From: an uncultured Victivallales bacterium
GTDB lineage: Bacteria > Verrucomicrobiota > Kiritimatiellia > UBA8416 > SLMC01
Direction of reading: 5' to 3'
Assembly: GCA_964646045.1 (NCBI GenBank)
Contig: CAZYAW010000088.1
Coordinates: 239 to 64,238, forward strand
Length of the DNA stretch: 64,000 nt
How positions within the stretch are numbered: the stretch's first letter is position 1; every line of letters starts with the position of its first letter. A program made the translations under genes and the position numbers. The notes under the pieces are model-generated. The model saw nothing but the letters and a program-made list of their open reading frames with translations. It was not told where the DNA came from and did no database searches. Shown piece after piece: positions 53,724 through 63,479 of this stretch.

Positions 53724-54002
53724 ATGGCTCGTTCGATCAAAAAAGGCCCTTTCGTCGAGGAGAAACTGCTCAGGAAAATCGAGCAGATGAATCGTCTCGG
53801 CGAAAAACGCATCGTAAAAACCTGGTCGCGACGCTCCATGATCGTCCCCGACTTTGTGGGCCACACCTTCGCCATTCACAACGGACGGCAACACGTATCC
53901 ATGTTTATCACCGAAAACATGGTGGGGCACCGTCTGGGCGAATTCGCGCCCACGCGCGTCTTCCGCCGGCACGGATCGCATACCGACAAAGTTTCCAAGT
54001 AA
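53724..54002 (+). CDS. rpsS: 30S ribosomal protein S19
   Basis: [16 protein letters not shown]...[18 protein letters not shown]. Confidence 0.9.
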   Translation: MARSIKKGPFVEEKLLRKIEQMNRLGEKRIVKTWSRRSMIVPDFVGHTFAIHNGRQHVSMFITENMVGHRLGEFAPTRVFRRHGSHTDKVSK

Positions 54003-54014
54003 CGCGAGGTCCCT

Positions 54015-54353
54015 ATGGATGTGAGAGCCAAAACGAGATTTGCCAGGTTGACCCCTTCCAAGGCGCGCGATCTGGCGCGCCGCATGAGCGGACAGTCGGT
54101 CGCCAAGGCGCTGGACATTGCCGGCTTCAGCGACAGAAAAGCCGGGCGTCTGCTGTGCAAGACGCTTAAGTCCGCCATTGCCAATGCCGAGCACAACGCC
54201 CGTCTTTCCGTGGACGACCTGAAAGTCAAGTCGGCGGTGGTGGACGAAGGGCCGAGAATCAAGCGCCACTGGCCGCGGGCCAGAGGCGGAGTGCGTCCGG
54301 TACGCCATAAGATGGCGCACTTGACGATCGTATTGAGTGACAGCGCCGAATAG
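54015..54353 (+). CDS. rplV: 50S ribosomal protein L22
   Basis: 112 aa with L22 features. Confidence 0.9.
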   Translation: MDVRAKTRFARLTPSKARDLARRMSGQSVAKALDIAGFSDRKAGRLLCKTLKSAIANAEHNARLSVDDLKVKSAVVDEGPRIKRHWPRARGGVRPVRHKMAHLTIVLSDSAE

Positions 54354-54386
54354 GTTGCAACATAACGCAAGAGAGGAGTAAACGTC

Positions 54387-55061
54387 TTGGGCCAGAAAGT
54401 CAATCCGATAGGACTGCGTACGGCGATCGACAAGAACTGGAGATCACGCTGGTTTTGCGGGAAGAAGGAGTTTGGCAATCTTCTTCACGAGGACGAGAAG
54501 ATCCGGGGGATCGTCAAGAAACGCCTTGAAAACGCGGCGGTGCCCGGCGTAACGATCGAACGCTACGCCAACCGGGTGCGCGTCAACGTGTTCAGCGCGC
54601 GCCCCGGCTTTGTGATCGGTCACAAAGGCCAGGATATCGACCGTATTCGCGAGGAGCTGGTGAAGGTTACCGGCCGGGAAATCTACCTTGAAATCAAGGA
54701 GATACGCAATCCCGACACGAACGCCCAACTGGTGGCGGAAAACATCGCGCTGCAGGTGGCGCGCCGTGTGTCTCTGCGTCGCGCCATGAAACGCGCCATG
54801 CAACTGGCGATGGACATGGGTGTGGACGGCATCAAAATCAGGGCCGGCGGTCGTCTGGGCGGAGCGGAAATCGCGCGCGTCGAATGGTACAAAAGCGGGA
54901 AAATTCCGTTGCACACCTTGCGTGCCAAAATCGATTACGGCTTCGCCGAATCGTTCACGAAAGCCGGACTGATCGGAATCAAGGTGTGGATCGCCAAAAG
55001 CGAAAAAGAGGATGCCGCGCCACCCGTAAGAAGGAGAGCCGCCCATGCCGCTCATGCCTAA
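54387..55061 (+). CDS. rpsC: 30S ribosomal protein S3 (TTG start)
   Basis: [10 protein letters not shown], a KH domain, 224 aa. Confidence 0.9.
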   Translation: MGQKVNPIGLRTAIDKNWRSRWFCGKKEFGNLLHEDEKIRGIVKKRLENAAVPGVTIERYANRVRVNVFSARPGFVIGHKGQDIDRIREELVKVTGREIYLEIKEIRNPDTNAQLVAENIALQVARRVSLRRAMKRAMQLAMDMGVDGIKIRAGGRLGGAEIARVEWYKSGKIPLHTLRAKIDYGFAESFTKAGLIGIKVWIAKSEKEDAAPPVRRRAAHAAHA

Positions 55062-55455
55062 AAGAGTTAAGTATCGTAAGGTGCAGAAGGGCAGCCGCAA
55101 AGGCATTGCGCGGAGCGGAACCCGCCTGAGTTTCGGGGAATACGGGCTCAAAGCGCTCGGTCGCGGCTGGGTCAAGAGCGTGCAGATCGAAGCGTGTCGC
55201 GTGGCGATCAACCGTCATATGAAGCGCAAAGGCAAACTTTGGATACGCATCTATCCCGACAAGCCCGTCAGCAAGAAGCCCATTGAAACCCGCATGGGAA
55301 AGGGCAAGGGGGCGCCCGACCATTGGGTGGCCGTGGTTAAACCGGGCATGATGCTGTTCGAGATTGCGGGCGTTCCCGACATGATCGCGCGCGAGTCGCT
55401 GCGACTGGCCGACGCCAAGCTGGGAATTCCGACACGACTGATTTGCCGAGACTGA
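55045..55455 (+). CDS. rplP: 50S ribosomal protein L16
   Basis: [16 protein letters not shown]...; overlaps the rpsC 3' end by 17 nt. Confidence 0.9.
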   Translation: MPLMPKRVKYRKVQKGSRKGIARSGTRLSFGEYGLKALGRGWVKSVQIEACRVAINRHMKRKGKLWIRIYPDKPVSKKPIETRMGKGKGAPDHWVAVVKPGMMLFEIAGVPDMIARESLRLADAKLGIPTRLICRD

Positions 55456-55468
55456 GAAGGACAAGCTC

Positions 55469-55666
55469 ATGAAAGCATCCGTATTGAGAGATTTGACAGA
55501 CGACGAACTTCTGCACGAACGCGACGAGGTTCGCAAAAAACTTTTCGATCTTCGGATCAAAAAGGGCATGGGCGATTCTTCCGATCAGCCGCTGCTGTTG
55601 CGTACGGTTCGGCGAGACGCGGCTCGCGTGGAAACAATCGTGAAACAACGGGGGATATCGGCATGA
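55469..55666 (+). CDS. rpmC: 50S ribosomal protein L29
   Basis: 65-aa helical protein (LTDDELLHERDEVRKKLFDLR). Confidence 0.85.
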   Translation: MKASVLRDLTDDELLHERDEVRKKLFDLRIKKGMGDSSDQPLLLRTVRRDAARVETIVKQRGISA

Positions 55667-55989
55667 CGGAGGTCGAGGGCGTGGAGCAGCGCGGATCGAG
55701 GCGATCCCGCAAGGGAACGGTGTTGCGCAAAAGCGGCGATAAAACCGTGGTCGTAAAAGTGGAGCAGCGCAGACGCCACCCCCTTTACGGCAAGGTGGTC
55801 AAGCATGAAACCAAACTGCATGTCCACGATGAAAACAACCGGGCGACGCCCGGCGACACGGTTACGGTGGTGGAAACGCGGCCGCTTAGCAAAATGAAAC
55901 GCTGGCGGCTTCTGGAAATTGCCGGTCGGGCGGCGGACAACGGAACGGGCGCAAAAGAATCCGGTTCGGCGCCTGCGGAAGGGATGTGA
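55663..55989 (+). CDS. rpsQ: 30S ribosomal protein S17 (C-terminal ~25-aa extension)
   Basis: GTVLRKSGDKTVVVKVEQRRRHPLYGKVVK... Confidence 0.85.
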   Translation: MTEVEGVEQRGSRRSRKGTVLRKSGDKTVVVKVEQRRRHPLYGKVVKHETKLHVHDENNRATPGDTVTVVETRPLSKMKRWRLLEIAGRAADNGTGAKESGSAPAEGM

Positions 55990-55996
55990 GGATCTT

Positions 55997-56362
55997 ATGA
56001 TAGCCGAGGAGACCGATCTGAGTGTCGCGGACAACAGCGGAGCCAGACGCGTGCGCTGTTTCCGCATTATCGGGCAGCGCAAAAAGTACGCCCGTATAGG
56101 CGACATTATCAAAGTGGCCGTCAAGGAAGCCCAGCCGGGCGGCCTGGTCAAAGCCGGACAGGTATGTACCGGTCTGATCGTGAGAACGAAAAACGCGATT
56201 CGGAGAAAGGACGGCTCCAGTCTCCGCTTCGACAATAACGCCGTCGTCCTGGTGGACGACAATCGCAACCCGATCGGATCCCGCGTACTGGGGCCGGTGG
56301 CGCGCGAATTGCGCGAAAAGAACTGCGCCAAGGTCATCTCGCTGGCGCCGGAGGTTCTGTAG
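55997..56362 (+). CDS. rplN: 50S ribosomal protein L14
   Basis: MIAEETDLSVADNSGARRVRCF... Confidence 0.9.
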   Translation: MIAEETDLSVADNSGARRVRCFRIIGQRKKYARIGDIIKVAVKEAQPGGLVKAGQVCTGLIVRTKNAIRRKDGSSLRFDNNAVVLVDDNRNPIGSRVLGPVARELREKNCAKVISLAPEVL

Positions 56363-56368
56363 AAAGTT

Positions 56369-56689
56369 ATGAGCGTACTCAGAATCAAAAAGAACGATAT
56401 GGTCGTCTCCGTTGCCGGCAATTCGGTCGGCAAGACGGGGAAAGTGCTTCAGGTAGTCAAAGCCGGGAAGCGCGCGATTGTGGAGGGGTTGCGTCCGGTC
56501 AAGAAGACGGTGCGCAAGTCGCAGGAGACTCCGAAAGGGGATATCGTGGAAAAAGATGCACCGATCGATATTTCCAACCTTATGCCCTATTGCCCGTCCT
56601 GCAAGAAAGGCGTAAAGATCAAGAGGGACAAGGATGGCAACCGGCGCGTCCGCCGGTGTCGGGCGTGCGGGCATTCATTTGACGGATAG
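56369..56689 (+). CDS. rplX: 50S ribosomal protein L24 with C-terminal CxxC-x16-CxxC zinc-ribbon
   Basis: KOW N-terminus (KKNDMVVSVAGNSVGKTGKV). The C-terminus reads ...YCPSCKKGVKIKRDKDGNRRVRRCRACGHSF. Confidence 0.85.
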   Translation: MSVLRIKKNDMVVSVAGNSVGKTGKVLQVVKAGKRAIVEGLRPVKKTVRKSQETPKGDIVEKDAPIDISNLMPYCPSCKKGVKIKRDKDGNRRVRRCRACGHSFDG

Positions 56690-56697
56690 GCGTAATC

Positions 56698-57237
56698 ATG
56701 ACATCGAATCTACTGGAAAAATACAGAAAAGAAGTCGTTCCCGAAATCAAGAAAGAATTCGGGATCGCCAACGCCATGCAGGTCCCGCGCATTGTCAAAA
56801 TCGTGATCAACATGGGGATTGGCATCGAGGACAAAAATGTTTTCGAAGCGCGGATCAAGGATCTGGCGGTCATCTGCGGACAGCGACCGGTTGTGACCAA
56901 GGCCAAGAAAAGCATCTCGAACTTCAAGGTTCGGGAAGGCATGAATCTGGGCGCCAAGGTCACGTTGCGGGGCCTGCGCATGTACGATTTTCTGGATCGG
57001 CTGATCAACGCGGCCCTGCCCAGAATTCGGGATTTTCGCGGACTGTCGGCCAAAAGCTTCGACGGGCGCGGCAATTACTCGATCGGACTGAAAGAGTACG
57101 ATATCTTTCCCGAAATCGATCCGAACCATGTGTCGGGCAATCAGGGCATGGACATCGTAATCGTGACGAACGCGCCAACGGACGATCTGGCCCGTGCGCT
57201 GTTGAAGAATTTCGGTATGCCGTTCAGCAAGAACTAG
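56698..57237 (+). CDS. rplE: 50S ribosomal protein L5
   Basis: 179 aa with L5 motifs. Confidence 0.9.
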   Translation: MTSNLLEKYRKEVVPEIKKEFGIANAMQVPRIVKIVINMGIGIEDKNVFEARIKDLAVICGQRPVVTKAKKSISNFKVREGMNLGAKVTLRGLRMYDFLDRLINAALPRIRDFRGLSAKSFDGRGNYSIGLKEYDIFPEIDPNHVSGNQGMDIVIVTNAPTDDLARALLKNFGMPFSKN

Positions 57238-57249
57238 ACGGAGGAAAAC

Positions 57250-57435
57250 GTGGCCAAAAAATCGCTAATAGTCAAATCGGAGCGCGAGCCTAAATTTTCA
57301 GCCAGGGGCTACGCGCGCTGCAGCCGTTGCGGGCGGCGCAGGGCCTTCATGAGAAAGTTCAAGTTGTGCCGAATTTGCTTCCGGGAAGCCGCCCTTGACG
57401 GACGTATCCCGGGCATTGTCAAGGCCAGTTGGTAG
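57250..57435 (+). CDS. rpsN: 30S ribosomal protein S14 type Z (zinc-binding, 61 aa)
   Basis: [23 protein letters not shown]: CxxC...CxxC. Confidence 0.85.
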   Translation: MAKKSLIVKSEREPKFSARGYARCSRCGRRRAFMRKFKLCRICFREAALDGRIPGIVKASW

Positions 57436-57462
57436 AAGCTAACGTTTTTTCAGGGAGATCGC

Positions 57463-57858
57463 ATGAGTTTTTCGGATCCAGTTTCGGATATGCTGACCAG
57501 GATCAGGAATGCGCACCTGGCCGGCCACGAGTTCGTGAACGTGCCCCATTCCCGGTTGAAGGGCGAATTGGCCCGCATATTGAAAAAGGAAGGATATGTT
57601 CTCGACTATCAAATTGAAAACGGCCTGCCCAAAACCCTGAGGATTTATTTGAAATACGTCGCGGAAAATCAGCCGGCCATACGCGGACTGCGACGGTACA
57701 GCCGTCCGGGATACCGACGCTATGCCGGCGCGCGCGAAATCCCGCGCATTCTGGGGGGCATGGGCATTGCCGTTCTCAGTACGTCAAGAGGAATCATGAC
57801 CGACGCGGAAGCCCGCAAAAAAAATGTGGGCGGCGAGTTGGTGTGTACGGTGTGGTAG
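57463..57858 (+). CDS. rpsH: 30S ribosomal protein S8
   Basis: MSFSDPVSDMLTRIRNA... Confidence 0.9.
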   Translation: MSFSDPVSDMLTRIRNAHLAGHEFVNVPHSRLKGELARILKKEGYVLDYQIENGLPKTLRIYLKYVAENQPAIRGLRRYSRPGYRRYAGAREIPRILGGMGIAVLSTSRGIMTDAEARKKNVGGELVCTVW

Positions 57859-57886
57859 CTTAAGTTCGGGGAAAAGGAGTCTCGGG

Positions 57887-58423
57887 GTGTCGCGAACAGG
57901 AAAAATACCATTGGAGAAACCGACGGGCGTAGACGTGGCCGTCGATGCACGACGCGTGGAGGTCAAGGGACCCAAAGGAACGCTTGGGCTCGACCTGCCG
58001 CAAAAAATCGGCGTGTCCGTCGAAGGCGACCGCATTCTGGTCTCCCGCGAGGACGATACCAAAATGGCCAAAAGCTATCATGGCCTGGTTCGTTCCCTGA
58101 TCAGAAACATGTGCGAGGGCGTAGCCCGCGGATACGCCAAAACGCTTGAAATTCAGGGCGTGGGATTCAACGCCGCCGTCAAGCAGGACGTTCTGCTGCT
58201 GAATCTGGGCTATCCGGCTCCGGTTGAATTCCGCATCCCGGACGGAGCGAGTGTCGCGGTCGAAAACGGAACGGTGGTGACCGTCAGCGGCATTGACAAC
58301 CAGATCGTCGGCGATGTGGCCGCTCGCATCCGCTCGTTCTTTCCGGCGGAACCCTACAAAGGCAAGGGAATTCGGTATCGCGGCGAGAATGTCCGCCGCA
58401 AAGTCGGTAAAAAAGTGGCGTAA
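57887..58423 (+). CDS. rplF: 50S ribosomal protein L6 (GTG start)
   Basis: VSRTGKIPLEKPTGVDV...; AAGGAG Shine-Dalgarno 7 nt upstream of the GTG. Confidence 0.85.
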   Translation: MSRTGKIPLEKPTGVDVAVDARRVEVKGPKGTLGLDLPQKIGVSVEGDRILVSREDDTKMAKSYHGLVRSLIRNMCEGVARGYAKTLEIQGVGFNAAVKQDVLLLNLGYPAPVEFRIPDGASVAVENGTVVTVSGIDNQIVGDVAARIRSFFPAEPYKGKGIRYRGENVRRKVGKKVA

Positions 58424-58449
58424 TCATCCGCCTGTTACAAGGAATATTC

Positions 58450-58911
58450 ATGAGCGTACTATCCAGAACCGATGCGAGACGGCAGCGCCACGCACGCATC
58501 CGCAAAAAGGTGTCCGGCACGGCCGCGATCCCGCGCATGTCCATCGCTGTTTCTCTCAAGAAGATGCATGTGCAGTTTATCGACGACGAACAGGGCGTCA
58601 CGCTGGCATCGTCTTTTGCGCAACAGGATCGTGACGGCAAAAACGTCGCGACCGCGCGCAAACTCGGCCTGCGGGCCGGAGAACTGCTCCTGGCCCGGGG
58701 CATTGACCGTGTCGTGGTGGACCGCGGCGGCTTCCGATACCACGGACGCGTCCGGGGAATCGTGGAAGGCGCCATGTCGTCCGGCATTCGGGTCGGGTCC
58801 GCCGTTCTTCCGCCCGACCCGGCGGAAGCAAAAACGGCAAAAGGAAAATCCGACCGAAACGACGCCGGACCGGGTTCCGTTGGCAAAAAAGAGCGGAAGG
58901 AGAAGAAGTGA
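58450..58911 (+). CDS. rplR: 50S ribosomal protein L18 (Lys-rich ~35-aa C-terminal extension)
   Basis: L18 core, then a tail ...[27 protein letters not shown]. Confidence 0.85.
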   Translation: MSVLSRTDARRQRHARIRKKVSGTAAIPRMSIAVSLKKMHVQFIDDEQGVTLASSFAQQDRDGKNVATARKLGLRAGELLLARGIDRVVVDRGGFRYHGRVRGIVEGAMSSGIRVGSAVLPPDPAEAKTAKGKSDRNDAGPGSVGKKERKEKK

Positions 58912-59393
58912 GTTCTGCAAAAGGTGATTTCAGATCGGAAATGGAAGAGCGCGTGGTCTTTGTCAACCGCTGCGCCAAGGTAGTCAAGGGCGGACGGCGC
59001 TTCAGCTTCAGCGCCGTGGTCGTCGTCGGCGACAAGGCCGGCCGCGTCGGCTACGGCTTCGGCAAGGCCAACGAAGTCGCGGACGCCATCCGCAAGGGGG
59101 GCGGCAGCGCGCGCAAGGATCTCATGACGGTAACGATGCGAGACCGCACCCTGCCCCATGAAGTCCAGGCCGAGTTCTCCGGCGCGCGGGTTATTGTCAA
59201 ACCGGCGGCGCCGGGCACCGGCGTGATCGCCGGCGGGGGCATGCGCGCCGTACTCGAGGCGGCGGGCTACCGGGATGTGGTCGCCAAGTCGCTGGGCAGC
59301 GCCAACAAGCTCAATGTGGTCAAAGCCACGATCAAGGCTCTCGAAAAACTCCGCTCGAAAAGCGAAATCGAAGCCACAAGAAAACAGAACTAA
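58908..59393 (+). CDS. rpsE: 30S ribosomal protein S5 (GTG start overlapping rplR stop)
   Basis: [30 protein letters not shown]... Confidence 0.9.
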   Translation: MSSAKGDFRSEMEERVVFVNRCAKVVKGGRRFSFSAVVVVGDKAGRVGYGFGKANEVADAIRKGGGSARKDLMTVTMRDRTLPHEVQAEFSGARVIVKPAAPGTGVIAGGGMRAVLEAAGYRDVVAKSLGSANKLNVVKATIKALEKLRSKSEIEATRKQN

Positions 59394-59413
59394 GCAGGAG
59401 ACGCAGCGCAGCC

Positions 59414-59866
59414 ATGAATCTTCATTCTCTCGAAAACAGCGTCGGCGCCCGCCGCAAACGCCGCATTGTCGGCCGCGGTATGAGTTCCGGCAGCGGCAAA
59501 ACATCCGGATCCGGACACAAGGGCCAGATGGCCCGCAAGGGGCACAAGCACAAGGACGGCTTCGAAGGCGGACAAATGCGCCTGATACGGCGCGTTCCAA
59601 AACGCGGGTTCAAGAACGCGTTGCGCGAGGAGTTCGTTCCGGTCAATGTCGGCTCCCTGTCCGTCTTCCCGGCCGACGGCGTCGTGGGTCTCTCCGAACT
59701 GGCGGAAAAGAACCTCGTAAAGGGGCCGCGCCACGCGCTCAAAGTCAAAGTGCTCGCTTTCGGTGAAATCGATCGCAAACTGACCGTGCGGGCCCACGCC
59801 TTCAGTGCGGCGGCGCGAACGAAGATCGAGACGGCCGGCGGAGTCTGCCTAATCGAAGGACAATAA
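59414..59866 (+). CDS. rplO: 50S ribosomal protein L15
   Basis: GRGMSSGSGKTSGSGHKGQ... Follows rpsE directly; no rpmD in between. Confidence 0.9.
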   Translation: MNLHSLENSVGARRKRRIVGRGMSSGSGKTSGSGHKGQMARKGHKHKDGFEGGQMRLIRRVPKRGFKNALREEFVPVNVGSLSVFPADGVVGLSELAEKNLVKGPRHALKVKVLAFGEIDRKLTVRAHAFSAAARTKIETAGGVCLIEGQ

Positions 59867-61218
59867 TGTTTTCCGCCTTCTTCAACATCTTTAAAATACC
59901 GGAACTGCGCAAACGCATTTTTTTCGCGTTCGGACTGATTTTCATCTGTCGCCTGATCGCCAGCGTCCCCACGCCCGGGGTGGATCCCGTGGCGCTGCAG
60001 GAGGCGATCAAGAGCATTGAGAGTCGCGTCGGAGGCGGATTCCTGCCTCTGCTCGATCTCTTCAGCGGCGGCGCCTTGCGGCAGGTGGCCATTGGCGCAC
60101 TGGGGATTATGCCCTACATTAGCGCCTCGATTATCCTGCAACTGATGACCGCCGTGGTGCCCAGTCTCGAACGGCTGGCGCGCGAGGGCGATTCCGGGCG
60201 GCAGAAGCTGACCCAGATTACGCGCTACCTCACTATTGTCATTTGTCTGATTCAGGGCACGACGCTGGCGATCTCGCTCGAGAATCCGCAGGCCGTACTG
60301 GGTATTGATCGAGACATCGTGCTGGTTACGGGATGGGGCTTTCGTCTGATGACCGTCCTGTCCATGACCACCGGGGCCATGCTGATTATGTGGCTGGGCG
60401 AACAAATCACCGAGTATGGCATTGGCAACGGCATTTCCCTGATCATTACCGTCAACATTATCAGCGGACTGCCCGGCGCGCTTTTCGCTCTCTACGGTCT
60501 ATTCACCAATGAAGGCGCCAATTACAACGTCTTTCACCTGGTCGGCTTAACCGGCATGTTCCTGGCGGTTACCGCCGCTACGGTGGCCCTGACGCAGGGG
60601 CAGCGCCGCATTCCGATCCATACGACCAAAAGGGTTGTTGGTCGCAAGGTGTATGGTGGACAAAACACCTATATGCCGCTGCGTGTCAACTATTCGGGTG
60701 TCATGCCCATCATTTTCGCATCTGCCTTGCTGATGTTTCCGGTCATGATTCTCAAGAAGATCCCCGCCAGTTGGGGGACGGGATTCCAGTCATTGGCCAG
60801 AGCCATGGACATGGGCGAACCGCTGTATATGGCCATCTACGCCCTTCTCATCCTCTTCTTTTCCTACTTCTGGGTTGCCACCCAGTTTAACCCCATCCAG
60901 ATCGCGGACGATCTCAAGCGTAACGGCGGGTATGTGCCCGGCATCCGGCCGGGCCGGCCGACCGCCGACTATCTTGACAAAACCATGTCACGGATCACCT
61001 TGGTCGGCGCTGTCTTTCTGACGATTCTGGCGGTTATTCCGTCGATCATGAACAAGAAACTGGGGGTGCCCTGGCAGGTTTCCACGTTCTTTGGCGGCAC
61101 CAGCCTGCTGATTATCGTCGGCGTGGCGCTGGATACCATGCGACAGGTGGAATCGCATCTGCTCATGCGCCATTACGACGGATTCTTGAGGAAAGGCAAA
61201 TTGCGCTCGCGACGCTGA
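59866..61218 (+). CDS. secY: Preprotein translocase subunit SecY
   Basis: 450 aa, 10 TM segments, SecY motifs. Confidence 0.9.
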   Translation: MFSAFFNIFKIPELRKRIFFAFGLIFICRLIASVPTPGVDPVALQEAIKSIESRVGGGFLPLLDLFSGGALRQVAIGALGIMPYISASIILQLMTAVVPSLERLAREGDSGRQKLTQITRYLTIVICLIQGTTLAISLENPQAVLGIDRDIVLVTGWGFRLMTVLSMTTGAMLIMWLGEQITEYGIGNGISLIITVNIISGLPGALFALYGLFTNEGANYNVFHLVGLTGMFLAVTAATVALTQGQRRIPIHTTKRVVGRKVYGGQNTYMPLRVNYSGVMPIIFASALLMFPVMILKKIPASWGTGFQSLARAMDMGEPLYMAIYALLILFFSYFWVATQFNPIQIADDLKRNGGYVPGIRPGRPTADYLDKTMSRITLVGAVFLTILAVIPSIMNKKLGVPWQVSTFFGGTSLLIIVGVALDTMRQVESHLLMRHYDGFLRKGKLRSRR

Positions 61219-61275
61219 TTCCGGGCCGTCAACGGCTCGCGAGATATGCGTGGCACGCAAACGGAGTACTATACG

Positions 61276-61923
61276 ATGCGATTGATCATATTGCTAGGCG
61301 CGCCGGGATCCGGCAAGGGGACAACGGCCGGAAAGATCCGCGAACGACTGGGAGCGCAACACCTGTCCACCGGCGACATGTTGCGTGCGGCCGTCAAAGA
61401 AGGCAGTCCGGCCGGGAAGGAAGCCGAGGATTACATGAAGAAAGGCGATCTGGTTCCGGACGAGGTCATTGTTCGTCTGGTACGGGACCGTCTGGATCGG
61501 GGCTCGGAAGGCGACCTATTCTTGCTCGACGGCTTTCCCCGTACGGTACGGCAGGCCGAGTTGCTTGAACAAAGTATCGCCGAGCGCGACGGATCTCTTT
61601 CCGGCGTAATTTTTCTCGACGCGCCGCGTGCGGTCCTGATCGAGCGACTGACCGGCAGAAGAATATGTCGCGATTGCGGAATGAATTTTCACGTGACCAA
61701 CGTGCCGCCCCGCCAAGAGGGCGTCTGCGACGCCTGCGGCGGCGAATTGTATCAACGTCCCGACGACCATCGCGAAACCATCGAGAACCGACTGGATGTA
61801 TACGCCCGTCAGACCGAAGATTTGATTGCCCGTTATCGCGACCGGGGAATCCTGACGAGAGTCGATTCTTCGCAGGGAGCGGATCAACTGGCCGAACAAG
61901 TAGCTGCGATCGTCGAGAAATGA
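61276..61923 (+). CDS. adk: Adenylate kinase (zinc-lid type)
   Basis: GAPGSGKGT P-loop and lid CRDCG...CDACGG. Confidence 0.9.
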   Translation: MRLIILLGAPGSGKGTTAGKIRERLGAQHLSTGDMLRAAVKEGSPAGKEAEDYMKKGDLVPDEVIVRLVRDRLDRGSEGDLFLLDGFPRTVRQAELLEQSIAERDGSLSGVIFLDAPRAVLIERLTGRRICRDCGMNFHVTNVPPRQEGVCDACGGELYQRPDDHRETIENRLDVYARQTEDLIARYRDRGILTRVDSSQGADQLAEQVAAIVEK

Positions 61924-61978
61924 AGGCGCTCGCATTGCGAACGGCGCGGGTCTTCGGCGACAGCGACAGGTCGGCCAC

Positions 61979-62743
61979 ATGGGCTTGATTAAGAATCATG
62001 CGGATTTGCAAGGGTTGCGAGCCAGCGGCGGGATTGCGGCCCGTATCCGGGATCGGCTGGCGCAGACCGTTGCGCCAGGCGTCACCACGGGTGAAATCGG
62101 CGACTATGCCGCAGAATTAATGAAGCAGAACGAGGCGGAGAGCGCGTTTCTGGGATACCGCGGATATCCGGGCGTTATTTGCGTCTCGGTCAACGAGGAA
62201 GTGGTGCACGGCATACCCGGGCGGAGACGCATTCAGTTGGGGGACATTGTCGGCATTGATGTGGGCGTTCGGCATGGCGGATATGTTGGCGACACGGCGA
62301 CCACGGTCATGGTGGGAGTAACCGATCCGGACACGATTCGCCTGGTACGTGCCACGGAATCCGCCTTGGAGGCCGCCGTGAAACATGCGCAGACGGGGCA
62401 TCGTCTTTCGGATATATCGCATGCGATCGAGACCGTGGCCCGGGAAAACAATTGCGCGGTTGTGCGCAAGTTCGTGGGACACGGAATCGGACGCGAAATG
62501 CACGAGGAACCGCAGGTGCCGAACTTTGGTCCCAGGGGACGAGGCATGAAACTGAGGTCGGGCATGACGCTTTGTCTGGAACCGATGCTCAACTTGGGCG
62601 GTAGCGACGTGAAGGTTTTGTCGGACGAATGGACTGTGGTTACGCGCGACGGCAGCTTTTCGGCTCATTTCGAGCACATGGTGGCTCTGCGCAACGGAGA
62701 AGCGGAAATATTGAGCGTGGGTTCGAACGCGAGCGACCGATAA
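61979..62743 (+). CDS. map: Methionine aminopeptidase type I
   Basis: 254 aa with metal-ligand motifs (D..D..H..E..E). Confidence 0.9.
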   Translation: MGLIKNHADLQGLRASGGIAARIRDRLAQTVAPGVTTGEIGDYAAELMKQNEAESAFLGYRGYPGVICVSVNEEVVHGIPGRRRIQLGDIVGIDVGVRHGGYVGDTATTVMVGVTDPDTIRLVRATESALEAAVKHAQTGHRLSDISHAIETVARENNCAVVRKFVGHGIGREMHEEPQVPNFGPRGRGMKLRSGMTLCLEPMLNLGGSDVKVLSDEWTVVTRDGSFSAHFEHMVALRNGEAEILSVGSNASDR

Positions 62744-62787
62744 AAAAAGGAGCCGAAAGCAAAGGTTTTTGTGGACTTGTTGCCGCC

Positions 62788-62820
62788 AATGCGGTAGAGT
62801 GCCGCGTTTTTATTGTTTTG
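62788..62820 (+). terminator. Rho-independent terminator candidate downstream of map
   Basis: Stem AATGCGG/CCGCGTT with a 7-nt loop, followed by TTTATTGTTTTG. Confidence 0.35.
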
Positions 62821-62890
62821 GGTCGCAGGCGAGCCGATCCGTCGGCGTTCGGCACGCGTCAGTCGAGACGAAAAAAGAAGGAAAAGAATC

Positions 62891-63004
62891 ATGAAAGTGC
62901 GAGCTTCGGTCAAACGAATGTGCGAGCGATGCAAAGTGGTGCGACGCAAAGGCATTGTCCGTGTTATTTGCACCAATCTGCGTCATAAACAGAAGCAAGG
63001 ATAA
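62891..63004 (+). CDS. rpmJ: 50S ribosomal protein L36 (zinc-binding C+ form)
   Basis: [37 protein letters not shown]. Confidence 0.85.
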   Translation: MKVRASVKRMCERCKVVRRKGIVRVICTNLRHKQKQG

Positions 63005-63019
63005 CGGAGAGAGCGTATT

Positions 63020-63412
63020 ATGCCAAGGCTTTTAGGCGTCGATATTCCCGGCAGAAAAAAAATCGAGTATGCGCTGTGCTATATCCACGGCGTCGGGCTG
63101 ACGCGATCCAGAGAGATCGTGGCTCTGGCCAAAATCGATCCGACCAAGAAGGCGGACGATCTGACGACCGAGGAAATGCGCGACTTGATCGGGATAGTCC
63201 AGCGCTACCGGGTGGAGGGAGATTTGCGACGCGAGGTGTCGCAGAACATCCGTCGCCTAGTCAGTATCGGCAGCTACCGGGGGCTGAGACATCGCCGCGG
63301 GCTGCCCGTACGCGGACAGCGCACGAGCACCAATGCGCGCACGAGAAAGGGCCCCCGCCGTACGGTCGGCGCTGTTCGCGATAAACAGGCCCGACAGGCA
63401 ATGAAAAAATAA
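63020..63412 (+). CDS. rpsM: 30S ribosomal protein S13
   Basis: 130 aa with S13 motifs. Confidence 0.9.
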   Translation: MPRLLGVDIPGRKKIEYALCYIHGVGLTRSREIVALAKIDPTKKADDLTTEEMRDLIGIVQRYRVEGDLRREVSQNIRRLVSIGSYRGLRHRRGLPVRGQRTSTNARTRKGPRRTVGAVRDKQARQAMKK

Positions 63413-63479
63413 TCGAGGGACAGGCCCAAGCCTGTCCGCTTTCAGTCTTCGATCTTACTAGTCAGTTGGCGGAGGAATC

